Below, in pieces: positions 1-16,604 of a DNA stretch of 64,000 bases. The position numbers and the translations under genes are program-made. Source of the stretch: Trichosphaerium sp. ATCC 40318 (Eukaryota > Protista > Tubulinea); contig JALMLS010000052.1 of the NCBI GenBank assembly GCA_038496445.1, forward strand, positions 1-64,000, read 5' to 3'. How positions within the stretch are numbered: position 1 is the stretch's first letter; each line of letters begins with the position of its first letter. Under the pieces are notes generated by a model that was not told the origin of the DNA, ran no database searches, and saw nothing but the letters and a program-made list of their open reading frames with translations.

Positions 1-4828
<4,828 letters not shown>

Positions 4829-5304
4829 TTGATAGCGAAGAAAAAAAACAGAAAAAAATCAAAAATAAAATTGTGTTAGAATAAAAATAACTGATGTAGC
4901 CCAAACAACATACGCAAACGACCCAGTATTCTCGTACCTAGAAACGAAAACTAATGTTAACAAACGAGGAGTTCTAAATGAACTCACACATTGTGTTTAG
5001 GGTTTGTACTTTAATTATTTCTTGTGTATACCTTACATTGGGATGTTTGGTAGAGTGTCTTGTGGATGAATGTCGATTAATTTGCACGCTTCAGATTTTG
5101 TATTGCATTATTGTGTTTTGGCTAAAAAGCAACACGTTTTGCAAGAGACGTGATTCAAAGAAATGACGGAAATAAGTTTATTCGTTGCTGTTTGAAGAAG
5201 AAGAAGAGGTAGAGCGCTAGCGCCTAGTTTTATCAAAGAACGACTGGAAAGAAGTTGACTTTGTAAACGAGAATTGTGTTTTTTAAATAGAACTGCTGTA
5301 CTCC

Positions 5305-7002
5305 ATGACATCATTACTTCTCCTTGAGACGCTCCCTTTGGAGCTTCAAGCAATAATAATCGACATGGACCCTGAATGTTACATTAAATGGCCTCTGCTT
5401 TGTCGATACACCTCTGCATCACGCTTCGACGATTCGTTTCGTAAATCAGGAGTGGTTAAGAGCTTTTATCCTTCTGGCAATATTTGGAAACGTTTTAACT
5501 TCAAAAACGGTCAGAGACATGGACTGTGCATCATATGGCTCGGTAACAGCATGTACGAGCGTGCGATGTATAAAAAAGGACAAATACATGGAAAGCAGAC
5601 CAGATGGTATACCAATGGTCAGATGCTTTCACAAAGTTCTTACCATAACGGCAAACTCAATGGCGACAGTAAATCATGGACACCTAAAGGAAAAATCAAG
5701 TCTGAAGTGTTGTACGACAACGGAGTTATGATTGAGTCCGTAGAGTGTAACAACGAAGGAAAGGTTATGAGAAGTACGAGAGTGGTAAAAGATAAACGTA
5801 CTGGGAAGAAGAAAGAAAAGTATGTTAACGACACAGTACAGGATAAAGTAACAAAGATTTATTACGATGAACAAGGAAAAGAAAAAAAAAGACAAGAGTT
5901 TGAAAACAAGAATAATACAGTAATTTATGAACGTACACGTGTTGGTGATGATTTATGGCAAATAACTAGGTACCGTAGCCATGGTTTCATGTACGAAAAG
6001 TGTTACGAAAATGGAAAGGGTAAGAGAGAAGGAAAGTTCAAAACTTGGTATGCTAAAAATATTCTGAAAGAACAATATTCGTATGTCAATGGTAGATCAC
6101 AAAACTACATTAAATGGTTTCCAAATGGGAAAATGGCCTTGCGTTGTAACTATTCAGATTGGGGGATACATGGTAAATTTGAAACATGGTATAAAAACGG
6201 TAAACGTGATTGTAAAACTATGTATGTGAACGATGTAAAACGTGGAGAACATAAAAAGTGGTATGAACATACAGGAAGATTACAAGAACACTTCTTCTAT
6301 GTCAATGACTATGAGACTTCTGGTAAACATCGTACATGGTATCAAAATGGACAATTAAGAAGCAGTCATGTACGAACAGACAGTGGATTAGAGGGAGAAG
6401 ATATTAAGTATCATGAAAACGGTGTTTTACGCTCGAAATGTTTTTGGGTTAATGGATTGCAAGTTGGAAGATGTTTTGTTCAATATGAAGATGGTTCTTT
6501 ACAAGAAGAAGTGACGTACAATGAGAAGGGTAGAAAACATGGAGAATATAAAAGATGGAATAAGAATGGTGAACTACATACAAAGGAAAAGTTCAAGGAT
6601 GGAAAATTGTATGGAAAATCAATTACGTGGTTTGATGATGGCACAGTTAACACTGTTAAACGTTATGCTAATGGTAAGCTAAATGGGCTTTTTGAGAGCT
6701 TCCACAGTAACAAAAAGAAAGCAATGGAGATTTTTTATCATAATGGGACACGTGGGCGTGTTATTAGGTGGTACAGTGATGGTACTTTGGAAGAAAAGAC
6801 TTTTAATAATGGAGAATGTGTCAGTACAAGCAAAACAGGATTAACTTATTGTGATGCTTGCGAAGAAGTTGAATGTAAAGAGTTTCATCGAAACGGTGCT
6901 GTCAAGATGGAATGCACTTTTGTTCGAGGTCAAGTGAAAACAGGAAGTATGAGACAGTACAGTGATGACGGATCATTGATCGAGAAACTTGGTTCGGAAT
7001 AA
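5305..7002 (+). CDS. F-box-like N-terminus + MORN-variant (YwqK/MORN_2-like) repeat protein, intronless
   Basis: 565-aa uninterrupted ORF; N-terminal LETLPLELQAIII..WPLLCR resembles an F-box; many repeats of the type G..HG...W(Y/F).NG. Confidence 0.85.
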   Translation: MTSLLLLETLPLELQAIIIDMDPECYIKWPLLCRYTSASRFDDSFRKSGVVKSFYPSGNIWKRFNFKNGQRHGLCIIWLGNSMYERAMYKKGQIHGKQTRWYTNGQMLSQSSYHNGKLNGDSKSWTPKGKIKSEVLYDNGVMIESVECNNEGKVMRSTRVVKDKRTGKKKEKYVNDTVQDKVTKIYYDEQGKEKKRQEFENKNNTVIYERTRVGDDLWQITRYRSHGFMYEKCYENGKGKREGKFKTWYAKNILKEQYSYVNGRSQNYIKWFPNGKMALRCNYSDWGIHGKFETWYKNGKRDCKTMYVNDVKRGEHKKWYEHTGRLQEHFFYVNDYETSGKHRTWYQNGQLRSSHVRTDSGLEGEDIKYHENGVLRSKCFWVNGLQVGRCFVQYEDGSLQEEVTYNEKGRKHGEYKRWNKNGELHTKEKFKDGKLYGKSITWFDDGTVNTVKRYANGKLNGLFESFHSNKKKAMEIFYHNGTRGRVIRWYSDGTLEEKTFNNGECVSTSKTGLTYCDACEEVECKEFHRNGAVKMECTFVRGQVKTGSMRQYSDDGSLIEKLGSE

Positions 7003-7427
7003 GTTAAGTCTTGAAGAAGAAAGCGAAAAACACGAAATTCTCCAACAGAATAAAAAATTTGCTTAAACCCTGTTTCCTATCTTCATGATACCAACACACG
7101 CGTGTAAAATAGTTTTATAACGTCTATCTGTACCAGAACCACTCAGACGCTTATTTTCCTTCCAAACTAACCCTATTGCTGTTTGACGCGCAAGTAAACT
7201 CAAGAGAGCGCCCTGGTAACCTTTCAAAGAAGTTTTGTGAGCTATCGTGATCCAAAGTCTATTTACTTTTCGCAAACGCTTGTGCGTGGTGTATAAGAGT
7301 TTTCCTTCTTTATAGCATACGTTGTTGGTAGAATTTCGCCGTATTTTCATCAACCACTTTTTCGTCAAATTTTTGTTGAAGCACTAGTTTGCTTTGAGGC
7401 ATTAATCTACAATATACAAACAACACA

Positions 7428-10400
7428 ATGAGCTTAAACTTCGCTTCGGAGATAGTCTACGTGCCAGAGGTACTTACTACAACCAAGTTGTGTAGAAACC
7501 TTACCCTTTTGCGTTAGGAAGAGCCTGAAGAAGAGATTTATCAAGGTACGATTGCTCTTAATAGTAGTTGTAACGTTAACACAACGTGTAGATGAAATAG
7601 AAGACGGGTTAGCCGCCTGCGCCCAAGAACAAGCCAAAGTACGTTTAATCTTCGTTGTGTTAACGCTCAAGACTAATACCGTTCAGCTTTGGGCAGAAGC
7701 TGCCGAACAGGGCGAAAGTACCTTTGATAAATCATTTATACAAGAGTTGGTGAGAATGGGTCACGAACAGGCTAAGGTACAAAATCAAACTCATAAACAC
7801 ATCTCTTAAATACACCAAAGGCAAGTGGAAAAGCAGCAGCACAACACAACGACGCGGAGGCATCACATTTGGGTGTTTTTTCATCAGCAAGGCGTCTTCA
7901 GCCAAGATTTCAGGTACACAAATTCTAACGCTGCTCAGCGTACGCTCACAAGTCATTTGTAGAAAGGAAAAGCTTCTACCTACGATGCCCTTGCAAAGAA
8001 ACGTGTTAAGGAAGAACAACAAAGGCGTGTTGAAGCAGAAGCAAAACTACGAGAAAAACGAAGAAAGATGGCTGAAGAAGAAGCAAAAACATTAGCTGCA
8101 TTAAAGAAAAAAGAACAAGAACAAAATAGCTCTACAGGACAAGATGAACTTGCAAAAGTTGCTGCGTACGCTATATAACAAACTCTTATATGGTACTAAC
8201 GCTTTCTTTTGCTTATAGACCTTCTGGACCTTCATCTGCAGCACCAACTTTGTTTCAGTCAAAACCTCAAATCTCCTCATATTTAAATGACGATGATATT
8301 GCAGCTATCGTTATAGATAACTCATCTGGTATGACAAAGGCTGGATGGGCCGGTGATGATGCTCCTCGTGCTGTTTTTCCATCAATTGTTGGACGTCCCA
8401 GACATACAGGTGTTATGGTAAGCTTTGACTGTTCTTTCTTGTTTTTTTCTTTTAGCGAAGACGGTTGTATTGTTTTGTAATAATTAACTTAGGTTGGCAT
8501 GGGTCAAAAAGACTCTTACGTTGGAGATGAAGCACAGTCTAAGAGAGGTATTCTAACAATGAAATACCCAGTAGAACACGGTATAGTCACAAATTGGGAT
8601 GACATGGAAAAAATATGGCATCATACCTTTTACAACGAACTACGTAGTGCTCCAGAGGAACACCCAGTAATATCTACAGAAGCTCCACTCAATCCTACAG
8701 CTAACAGACAAAAAGCCACGCAGGTATGAAAGAATAAGAGGAATAAGGTATTCGTTGTATTAACAGGTTACATTTAGATTATGTTCGAGACTTTTAATGT
8801 TCCAGCATACTACCAACCAATATCTGCTGTTCTTGCACTATATTCAACTGGAAGAACTACTGGCGTAGTGTTAGACTCCGGAGATGGTGTTACACATGCC
8901 GTTCCTGTCTACGTATGTTTTTGTTGGACAATCTTTTTGGGTGTTAATAACGGCTTGTTTTAGGAAGGATTTCCTATTATACATGGTATCAGACGCCTTG
9001 ATATCGCTGGTAGAGATCTTACAGACTACCTAATGAAGATACTTACAGAGCGTGGATACTCATTTACAACGACGGCTGAGAGAGAGATCGTCAGAGATAT
9101 TAAAGGTAAGTCGGGAGATTTTTTCTGTCAATTGTTGTTTTAATCTCTCCTTAGAAAAGTTGTGCTATGTTTCCATAGATTTTGAAGCCGACATGCAAAA
9201 GGCTTCTTCTTGTTCTGCTTTGGAAAAATCGTATGAGTTACCTGACGGCCAAGTCATCACTGTTGGCAACGAGCGTTTCCGTTGCGCAGAAGCAATGTTT
9301 GCAGTACGTAATTTCCCTTTTTTCCCCTACATCTTTCTTCCCGACTAAATGATTTTTTGTAGCCTTCATTTATTGGTTTAGAAGCTGCTGGTGTTAGTGA
9401 TCTTCTTTTTAATTCAATTTATTCCGTAGATGTTGATCTTAGGAAGGTATGATTTGAACAACAAAAAACCTCAATCTTTTTATTTATTCGTTTGTACAGG
9501 ATTTGTTTGGTAATATAGTACTTGCTGGTGGTAATACTATGTTCCCTGGATGTGCAGACAGAGTATCAAACGACCTTACTGCAATGGCTCCACCTACAAC
9601 GAGAGTAAAGGTTATTGCACCACCAGAGAGAAAATACGGTGCTTGGATTGGCGGTTCAATTATTGGTTCTTTGTCAACTTTCGCAAATATGAGTATTACA
9701 AAAGAGCTATATGATGAGTATGGACCAAGTATTATTAACTCAATGTGCCCTTGGGGAACATCGTACGCTTTGATACAATCCGCTATTGTTATCTCCACGT
9801 GTTCTAATAATTTCCAGGTATTCCTCCGGAAGTTGGACTGGTGCTCCTTCTACAAAACCTAAGGTTATTGGACTACCTAAATCACAACAAAAAAAGAAAG
9901 TAGCTGCGAAAAAAGAAGCACAGCCTGAAGTTATTTGGGCAAAGACTCTTATACCACAAGGTACGATTCGTTTTTTGTTTAGGTGCTATTGATTTGCTGA
10001 TTTTGTTTTTCAATAGCTGACAGAGAACCAATCAAGCACGAGCTTAGCACTACGAATATTATTCACGTGCCAATGCAAGCACTTGACAAGACTAAAGGTA
10101 AAGCAGCTGAGGTGACTGGTGAACCTACATACTGTAAAGAATGCCCTGCTATTATGAATCATAGCTCAAACCTTACTAAAGTTGATGACAGTACGTCAAC
10201 ACAAAAAGAAGTTGAAACTTGTTTTTCCTTCTTCTGTACCATCTGTTTAACTTTTTTTCTTAGCAACCTATACCTGGAAGTGTTCATTCTGCGGTACTGA
10301 GAATGAAGTAATGTTAGAAGAAGGCGAAGAGCCAGTTCATCAGACCGTTGAATATGTGTTGAATCCTGCTGTATCTGAAGGAAGCGGAAAGGTTGATAAG

Positions 10401-12007
10401 AATCTTATGGACGAAGCACTTGTTATTTTTTGTGTTGACATCTCAGGCTCTATGACAGTCACTACAAAAGTAGAAGGTGGAGCAAACTTACCAGAAGCTA
10501 TCGCAAGAAAGAGTAAAAACTCAGAATATGTTTCACGCATGCAATGCATCCAAGCAGGTACGCCCCTGAACCATAGCCACAAATAACGAGTTTCTCACTT
10601 TTTTCTAGCTGTACATATTCAACTACAACAAATGAAGTATAAGTTTCCAAACTCAAGACCTGTTCTTATTACTTTTGGTACCCGTATCGCCGTCTATGGA
10701 GATGGTACATCTAAAAAACCAGACTTTATCAATAGAAGAGACTATGCCAAGATAAACACCTTAGTAAAAAGCGTAAGAATATCTTCCTTATTTCTGATCA
10801 TAACGTACTGTATCTTCCTCATACTCTCTTTAGGGAGAAGAATACTTCAAAAATCACAAGCTCAAGCCGGCATCTGAATGCGCTGACCAACTTACCAACG
10901 TAGTTGATCGCATTTCTGAAGAAGGCTCAACTGCCCTTGGCCCAGCTGTATGTTATGCCATTGGTATGGCTTCCTCAAGCCCTGGATCAAAGAGTACGTC
11001 CTTTCTTTGCTTTGTTTATTCTATTTGTGCATTATACTCATATATTTGACTAGTCATGGTATGTACTGATGGTCTTGCCAACTTTGGCGTTGGAGCGATT
11101 GGATCCTCTGAATCGTCAAAGAAAAAGGCTAAAATTGACTATGAGAAAATGGCTGATATCGCCAAATCAAACGGCACTACAGTCAACTTTATTAGTATTC
11201 GCGGTGATGATACTTCTGTTGAAACTGTCGGTGTACTTGCTGATAAGACTGCTGGTGTTGTGGATATTGTAAATCCACTAGATCTCAACCAACAGGTACT
11301 AAATAACTTGAAGAAAGTATTTTATGCTTACCTATTTTTTTCAGGTCGCTAAGATTATGAGTAAACCTGTAATCGCTACTGGTCTTACGTGTACTGTTGT
11401 TAGTCACAAGAGCCTTGAATTTACGGATTCTGGCGAATGTAAATCAGTTAGAGAGTTGGGTAATGTCAACGAAGACACAGATGTTACTTTCTCGTTCAAA
11501 CCAATCGAGTTCTTTAAGGAACCAAAGTCACTTAACTTCCAAGTTCAAGTACGTTCTTTTTTTTTCTACATCTTGCCATCACATTGCTTATTTATCTTTC
11601 TTTAGATTGAATACATTCAACCGAATGGCGCTAAGGTACTACGTGTCGAAACAAGATCGTTACCTGTTACACATGATATCGAAGAAGCTGAGAAGAATAT
11701 CACTGCTTCAGTTGTTGCTATGAAAGCTGTTCAACAATCAGCTGAAATGGCACAGTTTGGAGAATACAAAGAAGCTCGTGTTAATTTGATATCTCATCAA
11801 CGTCTTCTACAACGCGCTATGTTCTCTAAAGCACACCAGAGGCAGTACATTAACTTTATCAAACAAGCTGAGAAGTTAGATGGATTTATGCGTCAAGCAC
11901 AAGTTCAAGAAGAGATTTTAGAGGATGCAGCTGTTGAACAAAAGGATGATTCTGCAGCAAAGAATATTATACAAATGAAATCAGCAAGTCATCGTTTATT
12001 TGTTTAA
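7428..12007 (+). CDS. Actin-domain fusion protein: N-terminal acidic/coiled-coil region + actin + Sec23/24-type zinc finger + vWA (CPRas1-like C-terminal module)
   Basis: Hand splicing gives one continuous frame from ATG 7428 ([14 protein letters not shown]) through actin (about 8287-9747; [18 protein letters not shown]...PPERKY...IINSMC), with no stop in the spliced frame, into CKEC...[22 protein letters not shown] and CTDG; stop at 12005-12007. Confidence 0.85.
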
Positions 12008-12397
12008 ATGAGTACTTTCTACAATCACGTGATAATGTACATTTTGTAAATAAAAACACTTAGCATTAAACCTTCATCTCCAAATAAACTAACTTATTAG
12101 ACAACACTTTCGTTAGTTAACAGTTTGTTGTAATATTTAAGAATCTAGCTAGTTTTCTACAAATGTAATACGACTTGAACCACAGCCTTATATATTTGTA
12201 CACGGTATCAAACTCCGTGGTTTACAAAGATGACGTCATGAGTCCTTGTACCAGCGTTCCAAATAAAGTAATTGTACCTTTCTTGTTTCCTCAGTACTAG
12301 GTGATTTCCTAGGGGTGATTTATAGCGCAATAGCTTTGTTTTGATTAGTTTAAGTACGCCCAACAGTAAAAATCATTACCCGACAACAAACACCGCA

Positions 12398-13672
12398 ATG
12401 AGTACTTTCAAAGCCCATAATAACCCCTAACAACGCGTAGGCCAACCTCCATCTAGACCTAGTGCGCCGTACACAAGACAAGGCTACCCACCAGCTCAAC
12501 AAGGCACCCAACAAACTCACCAAGCGTACCCACAACAAAATTACGGGTATCAACAAAACCCACAGCCAGGTTATCAACAACACCCTCAACAACCTCAATA
12601 CCAACAATACAACGCGCAACCACAACAATCATACCCTCCACAGCAGTATACCGCGCAACCAGGTAATCCACAACCAGGTTATCCTCAGCCAGTGCAACAA
12701 GGCTACCCACAACAAGCACACAATGTGCCAGTACAGCAGGTACGGTATTAAATAAGCCATCTACATTAAACCGTTTTAGGCTCCGCAACAACCAGTACAA
12801 CCACAAAGTCAACCAGCAGCACCAACACAACAACCAAATAGCATGTTTCGCGTAGCAGGGTAAGTACAAGCGTTTGTAATCGCGCCGCTCTTCAATGAAG
12901 TGTTTTTGTTATTCTTAATGTCAAATAGTCAAAAGCCTGCCGCACAACCACAACAAACTGGTCCGAGAGCGTATGATCCAAAAAAAGGGGCTAAACAAGT
13001 ACATGTGACTATCTTAGAAGCTCATTTCAACGAGGTACAATTGACTGATTCTGAAATCAATTAAAAAGCAGACATGTCATGATGGACGTTAGCTCATCAT
13101 TTGTAGAAAATAAAGCCTCCTCATTGTAAATTGACACTTGGCCGTGGCGATCACTGGGGCCATGAACAAAAATCAAGCACGGGTAAGCCAAGATAGCGAC
13201 AAAATTATTTCGGGTTTTTCAGTAACCCGTTAGTTTTAACTTCTTGTTAAAGGTGGTAACAAGGCCGATACTGAATTCAAGTTTAACCAAAGTTTTGTTT
13301 TCACTGTTAAACGTCCAGACAGAGATAGTGTAAGGCTAAGAGTTGTTCATAGAGCTAAAGACGTTCACCTTCAAACTACACAAGTATGCATGGTTTTTGG
13401 GTTGTTTGGTTTTTTGTCACGTGACAATAGTGATTCGTTACTAACTCTATCATTAGCTTGGTCAGGTTGACCTTGTTTTGTCTCAAATGCCACATGAGGA
13501 AGAAACAGATCACTGGTTACCTCTCATGCACTCTATTCGAAAAATTGAAATTGGAAAAATTCACATAAGCGTTGTTGCATTTGGTTTCGGTATTGGCGCA
13601 CCTGCAGAAAAAATTACAAGCGGACTTGAAAAAGCAGCAGGAAAAGTATTATCAATCTTCGGTAAAAAGTAA
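12398..13672 (+). CDS. Pro/Gln/Tyr-rich low-complexity protein with C-terminal C2 domain
   Basis: ATG A|intron|GC CAA CCT gives MSQPPSRPSAPY...; QQGYP/QPGYQ repeats; C2-like VHVTILEAH...FNQSFVFTV...LGQVDL...HWLPL...GKIHISV. Confidence 0.8.
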
Positions 13673-14024
13673 ACGAGATAAATAAATGTAAAACCAAGTT
13701 ATAAACAAACTTGTTGTTGCAATGTATTGCTTTCCTCAGTCGCGTAAACCCAACCTTCTACGTCATTGTCAAACCAACGTTTTGATTTGGAGTGTATAGA
13801 CATTTATCAAAAGCTCCTAATAGTTTACAAGGAACTTCTCAAACAGAGGATATCATTACGGTTGCATTTTTTAACTAAGTTTTCAAGCCGCATCCAAGCA
13901 TCAAGGGTTTCCCTTTTACAGTAATGACTGGTACTAGGACTAACAAAGGTCCAGGCAAGTTTGATCACCCGCGGGATATGCTTTCAAACATCTAATGCGA
14001 GAATTTTTTGGTAAAAAAGTTTAT

Positions 14025-16431
14025 TTATTGTGCCATAGTTAACATATATAAAGATTTTGGTTTCTGAGGAAATAATTCTTCTATTATTTTACGACTTCCT
14101 AAATCAAGATCCATTTGATTATTATCTTCAAGTATCTTCATTATACTCTCCTTTGCTTTCTTTAAACAAACAATATCTTTGCAAGTGAGCACCATGTGTA
14201 ACTTTTCATCAACGGAAGTACGACCTGAAGGACAATAGAGACCTTTGATTTTGATACCAACTTTGAAATCATTAAAAATATCTTCAAGAAACTCTTTCTT
14301 TGTTACGATCGACCTGGACGTTCTTCCATAGTCGTTAATATCTATTCTATCCGTATGATAACCAAGAGACAATACTCGTCTTTCTGATATCTTCTTTGCA
14401 AACGCACGTGCCTTCTCAACAACAGAAAGAATAGCAGGTGAAGGATTCTGCATGTTACTTTTATCATTCAACTTTCTTCTCTTTTTTGGTCTCTCCTCGC
14501 TCGCTTCGTTAGATGTTTGGCTTCCAGGTGCCGTGAGAGCCTTTCTTCTACGCTGTTGGAGTTTGGCTGTAAGATAGAGATCACTAGGGATATCTGCCTT
14601 GGCCATTTTTAACATACGAATCAAAGGACCTGCACGGTCACCTTCATCAATAGTAAAAACAGTGTAAGCAACTCCAGCTCTTCCAGCGCGTCCGCATCTA
14701 CCAGTACGGTGAACATACTCTTCTACTGTTCTGCAAGGTTCATAGTTTATAACAAGACTCACGTGAGGAATATCAAGTCCACGTGCTGCAAGAGAAGTAG
14801 CAACAAGTACAGAAACATCTCCTCTTCGAAATCGATAAAGAGCATCCAGCCTGTCATCTGATGCGTGTCCGCCGTGCATGACAGCTGCAGACCAACCAGA
14901 CTTTATTATTCTAAGCCAAAGAAAGTCTGCAGCCTCTTTTGTATTCACGAAAATAAGAATCCCGTTACTGTCAGATGCATAGGCAGTGAGAAGAGAAAGC
15001 AAGGATTCAAGTTTTTTATCTTTGGTTTCTACAACACGAACAAAGTGTTGTATATTCGGAGGTAGACTCTTAAGTGATCCAGCGCGTACTTCTACAGCGT
15101 CTTTCATTATCTAATATAGGTAGTGAGTAATGTGTCCTTCAAAAACAAGAAATAAGATTTATGAGAAAAAAATCAGAATAAAATTTGCTGCATCCAAAAA
15201 AAGAAGCAAAAACGAGGCGTACCCTTTTAGCTGCTTTGTGTAGAAGCTTGTTAAATGTAGCAGAGAACATGGCCATCTGTCTATCACCTCGAATACCATT
15301 CAACAAATCAAGGAAAGTAGGAATAAGTCCAAGATTAAGAATACGATCAGCTTCGTCCAAGACGACAAACGAAACGTGATCCAAACAGAGTATAGGTTTA
15401 CGTCCAGTAGCGATACTATGAACGCGTCCAGGCGTCCCCACGATGATATCTGCGCCACGTTTAACTTTAGAGAGTTCTCCAGGCATCTTGGGACCAGCTA
15501 CAACGAGAGCGGTTTGAACGCTTGTGCCGTTAGAGAATCTTCTCGTTTCGGTTACTATTTGAACTGCTAGCTCTCTTGTTGGACATAAAATGATTGCAAG
15601 TGGGCCATTTCGTCTTTTAGGGTATACGCGCTTATTAATAGCAACGTGTCGGATAACAGGAAGCAAGAACGAGAGTGTTTTACCACTTCCAGTTTGAGCG
15701 ACTCCAAGGACATCAAGACCAGACATAAGTGCTGGTATGGTCTGAAAAAGCGTGTTAAGTATGTGTTCAGGTAATAAGCGTTTAGTTTTTGTAGCAGGCC
15801 GTTCAAAAGGTAAAAAAACCGAAAAACAATATGAGCTCTGCTAAGAGGAGTTTGATTTCAGTGAAAAGTTGTGGCGTACCTGTGCCTGAATGGGTGTTGG
15901 TTTAACGTATCCACGTTCTTTGATAAGATTACATTGCTCTCGCGATATGCCGCATTGAACGAACTCTGTTATTGGAGTTGGACAGTCAGGAGACGCAAAA
16001 ATACCCAGGTCTCTACGCATTGCGATGGGATCCATTTTGGAAAGTGTTGGAACCCTCACAAATAACTTTTTTTGAATTTGAGCGTAAGAGCTCAAATCCT
16101 TCGACATGGGTATCCCGTGCGCCACTGGTTTGGTCGGGAGAGCATTTTCTTTGGGTAATTGCTCTAGATCATCAGATTCTAGTAAATCGATGTTTCCATC
16201 GTTCGCAGATTCGTTAGCCTTTATAAGTGAGCGTCTAACGTCGGTTTGAGCCGTTTGATGAATTGCTTTCATAAACGCTTCAAATGGATCTTCTGGACCA
16301 TCAGTGGTGTCTACAATAAAAGTTTTACTACTTGGGGCTACTTCCTGCGGTACTAACGTTAACTGTTCTTTTACTTTCAACCAATTTGCTCTACGCTTTT
16401 CTGTAAGCTTTAGTGGTGTTGCGTTGATCAT
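14025..16431 (-). CDS. DDX46: DEAD-box RNA helicase, DDX46/Prp5-like (divergent), 2 introns
   Basis: Q motif KPTPIQ, AQTGSGKT, PTRELA, DEADR, SAT, HRTGRCGR; N-terminal DPFEAFM (DPLD-like) and C-terminal KH-like IDINDYGRTSR typical of DDX46. Confidence 0.8.
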
Positions 16432-16604
16432 TTTGTATGGATTATTATGTCTAATAAGCCATGTACGAGCGATCGCTATGAGATTTCCGTTAAGGCATAT
16501 TTCCTAGTTGCAAGAAAAATGTTGAAAAAAAAATGTAACGCTGACGTTTTACTTTGCGAATAATTTCAGAAAAACCAGGCGTGAAAATACGCCATAATTA
16601 CAAA

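Noticed and set aside
5305-7002. Reading the YwqK-like gene as a toxin-antitoxin system or an integrated viral element
   Set aside because: No partner toxin, viral core genes, integrase or terminal repeats nearby; the flanks are ordinary intron-rich host genes.
7063-7402. Minus-strand ORF between the MORN gene and the actin fusion
   Set aside because: No recognisable motif, the splice model is ambiguous, and the nearest ATG is only about 25 nt from the opposite gene's start.
13905-14011. CCTTTTAC plus AATTTTTTGG resembling U5 loop 1 and an Sm site
   Set aside because: Loop lacks the invariant GCCTTTTAC, has no closing stem and has the wrong spacing; it lies in convergent 3' UTR space.
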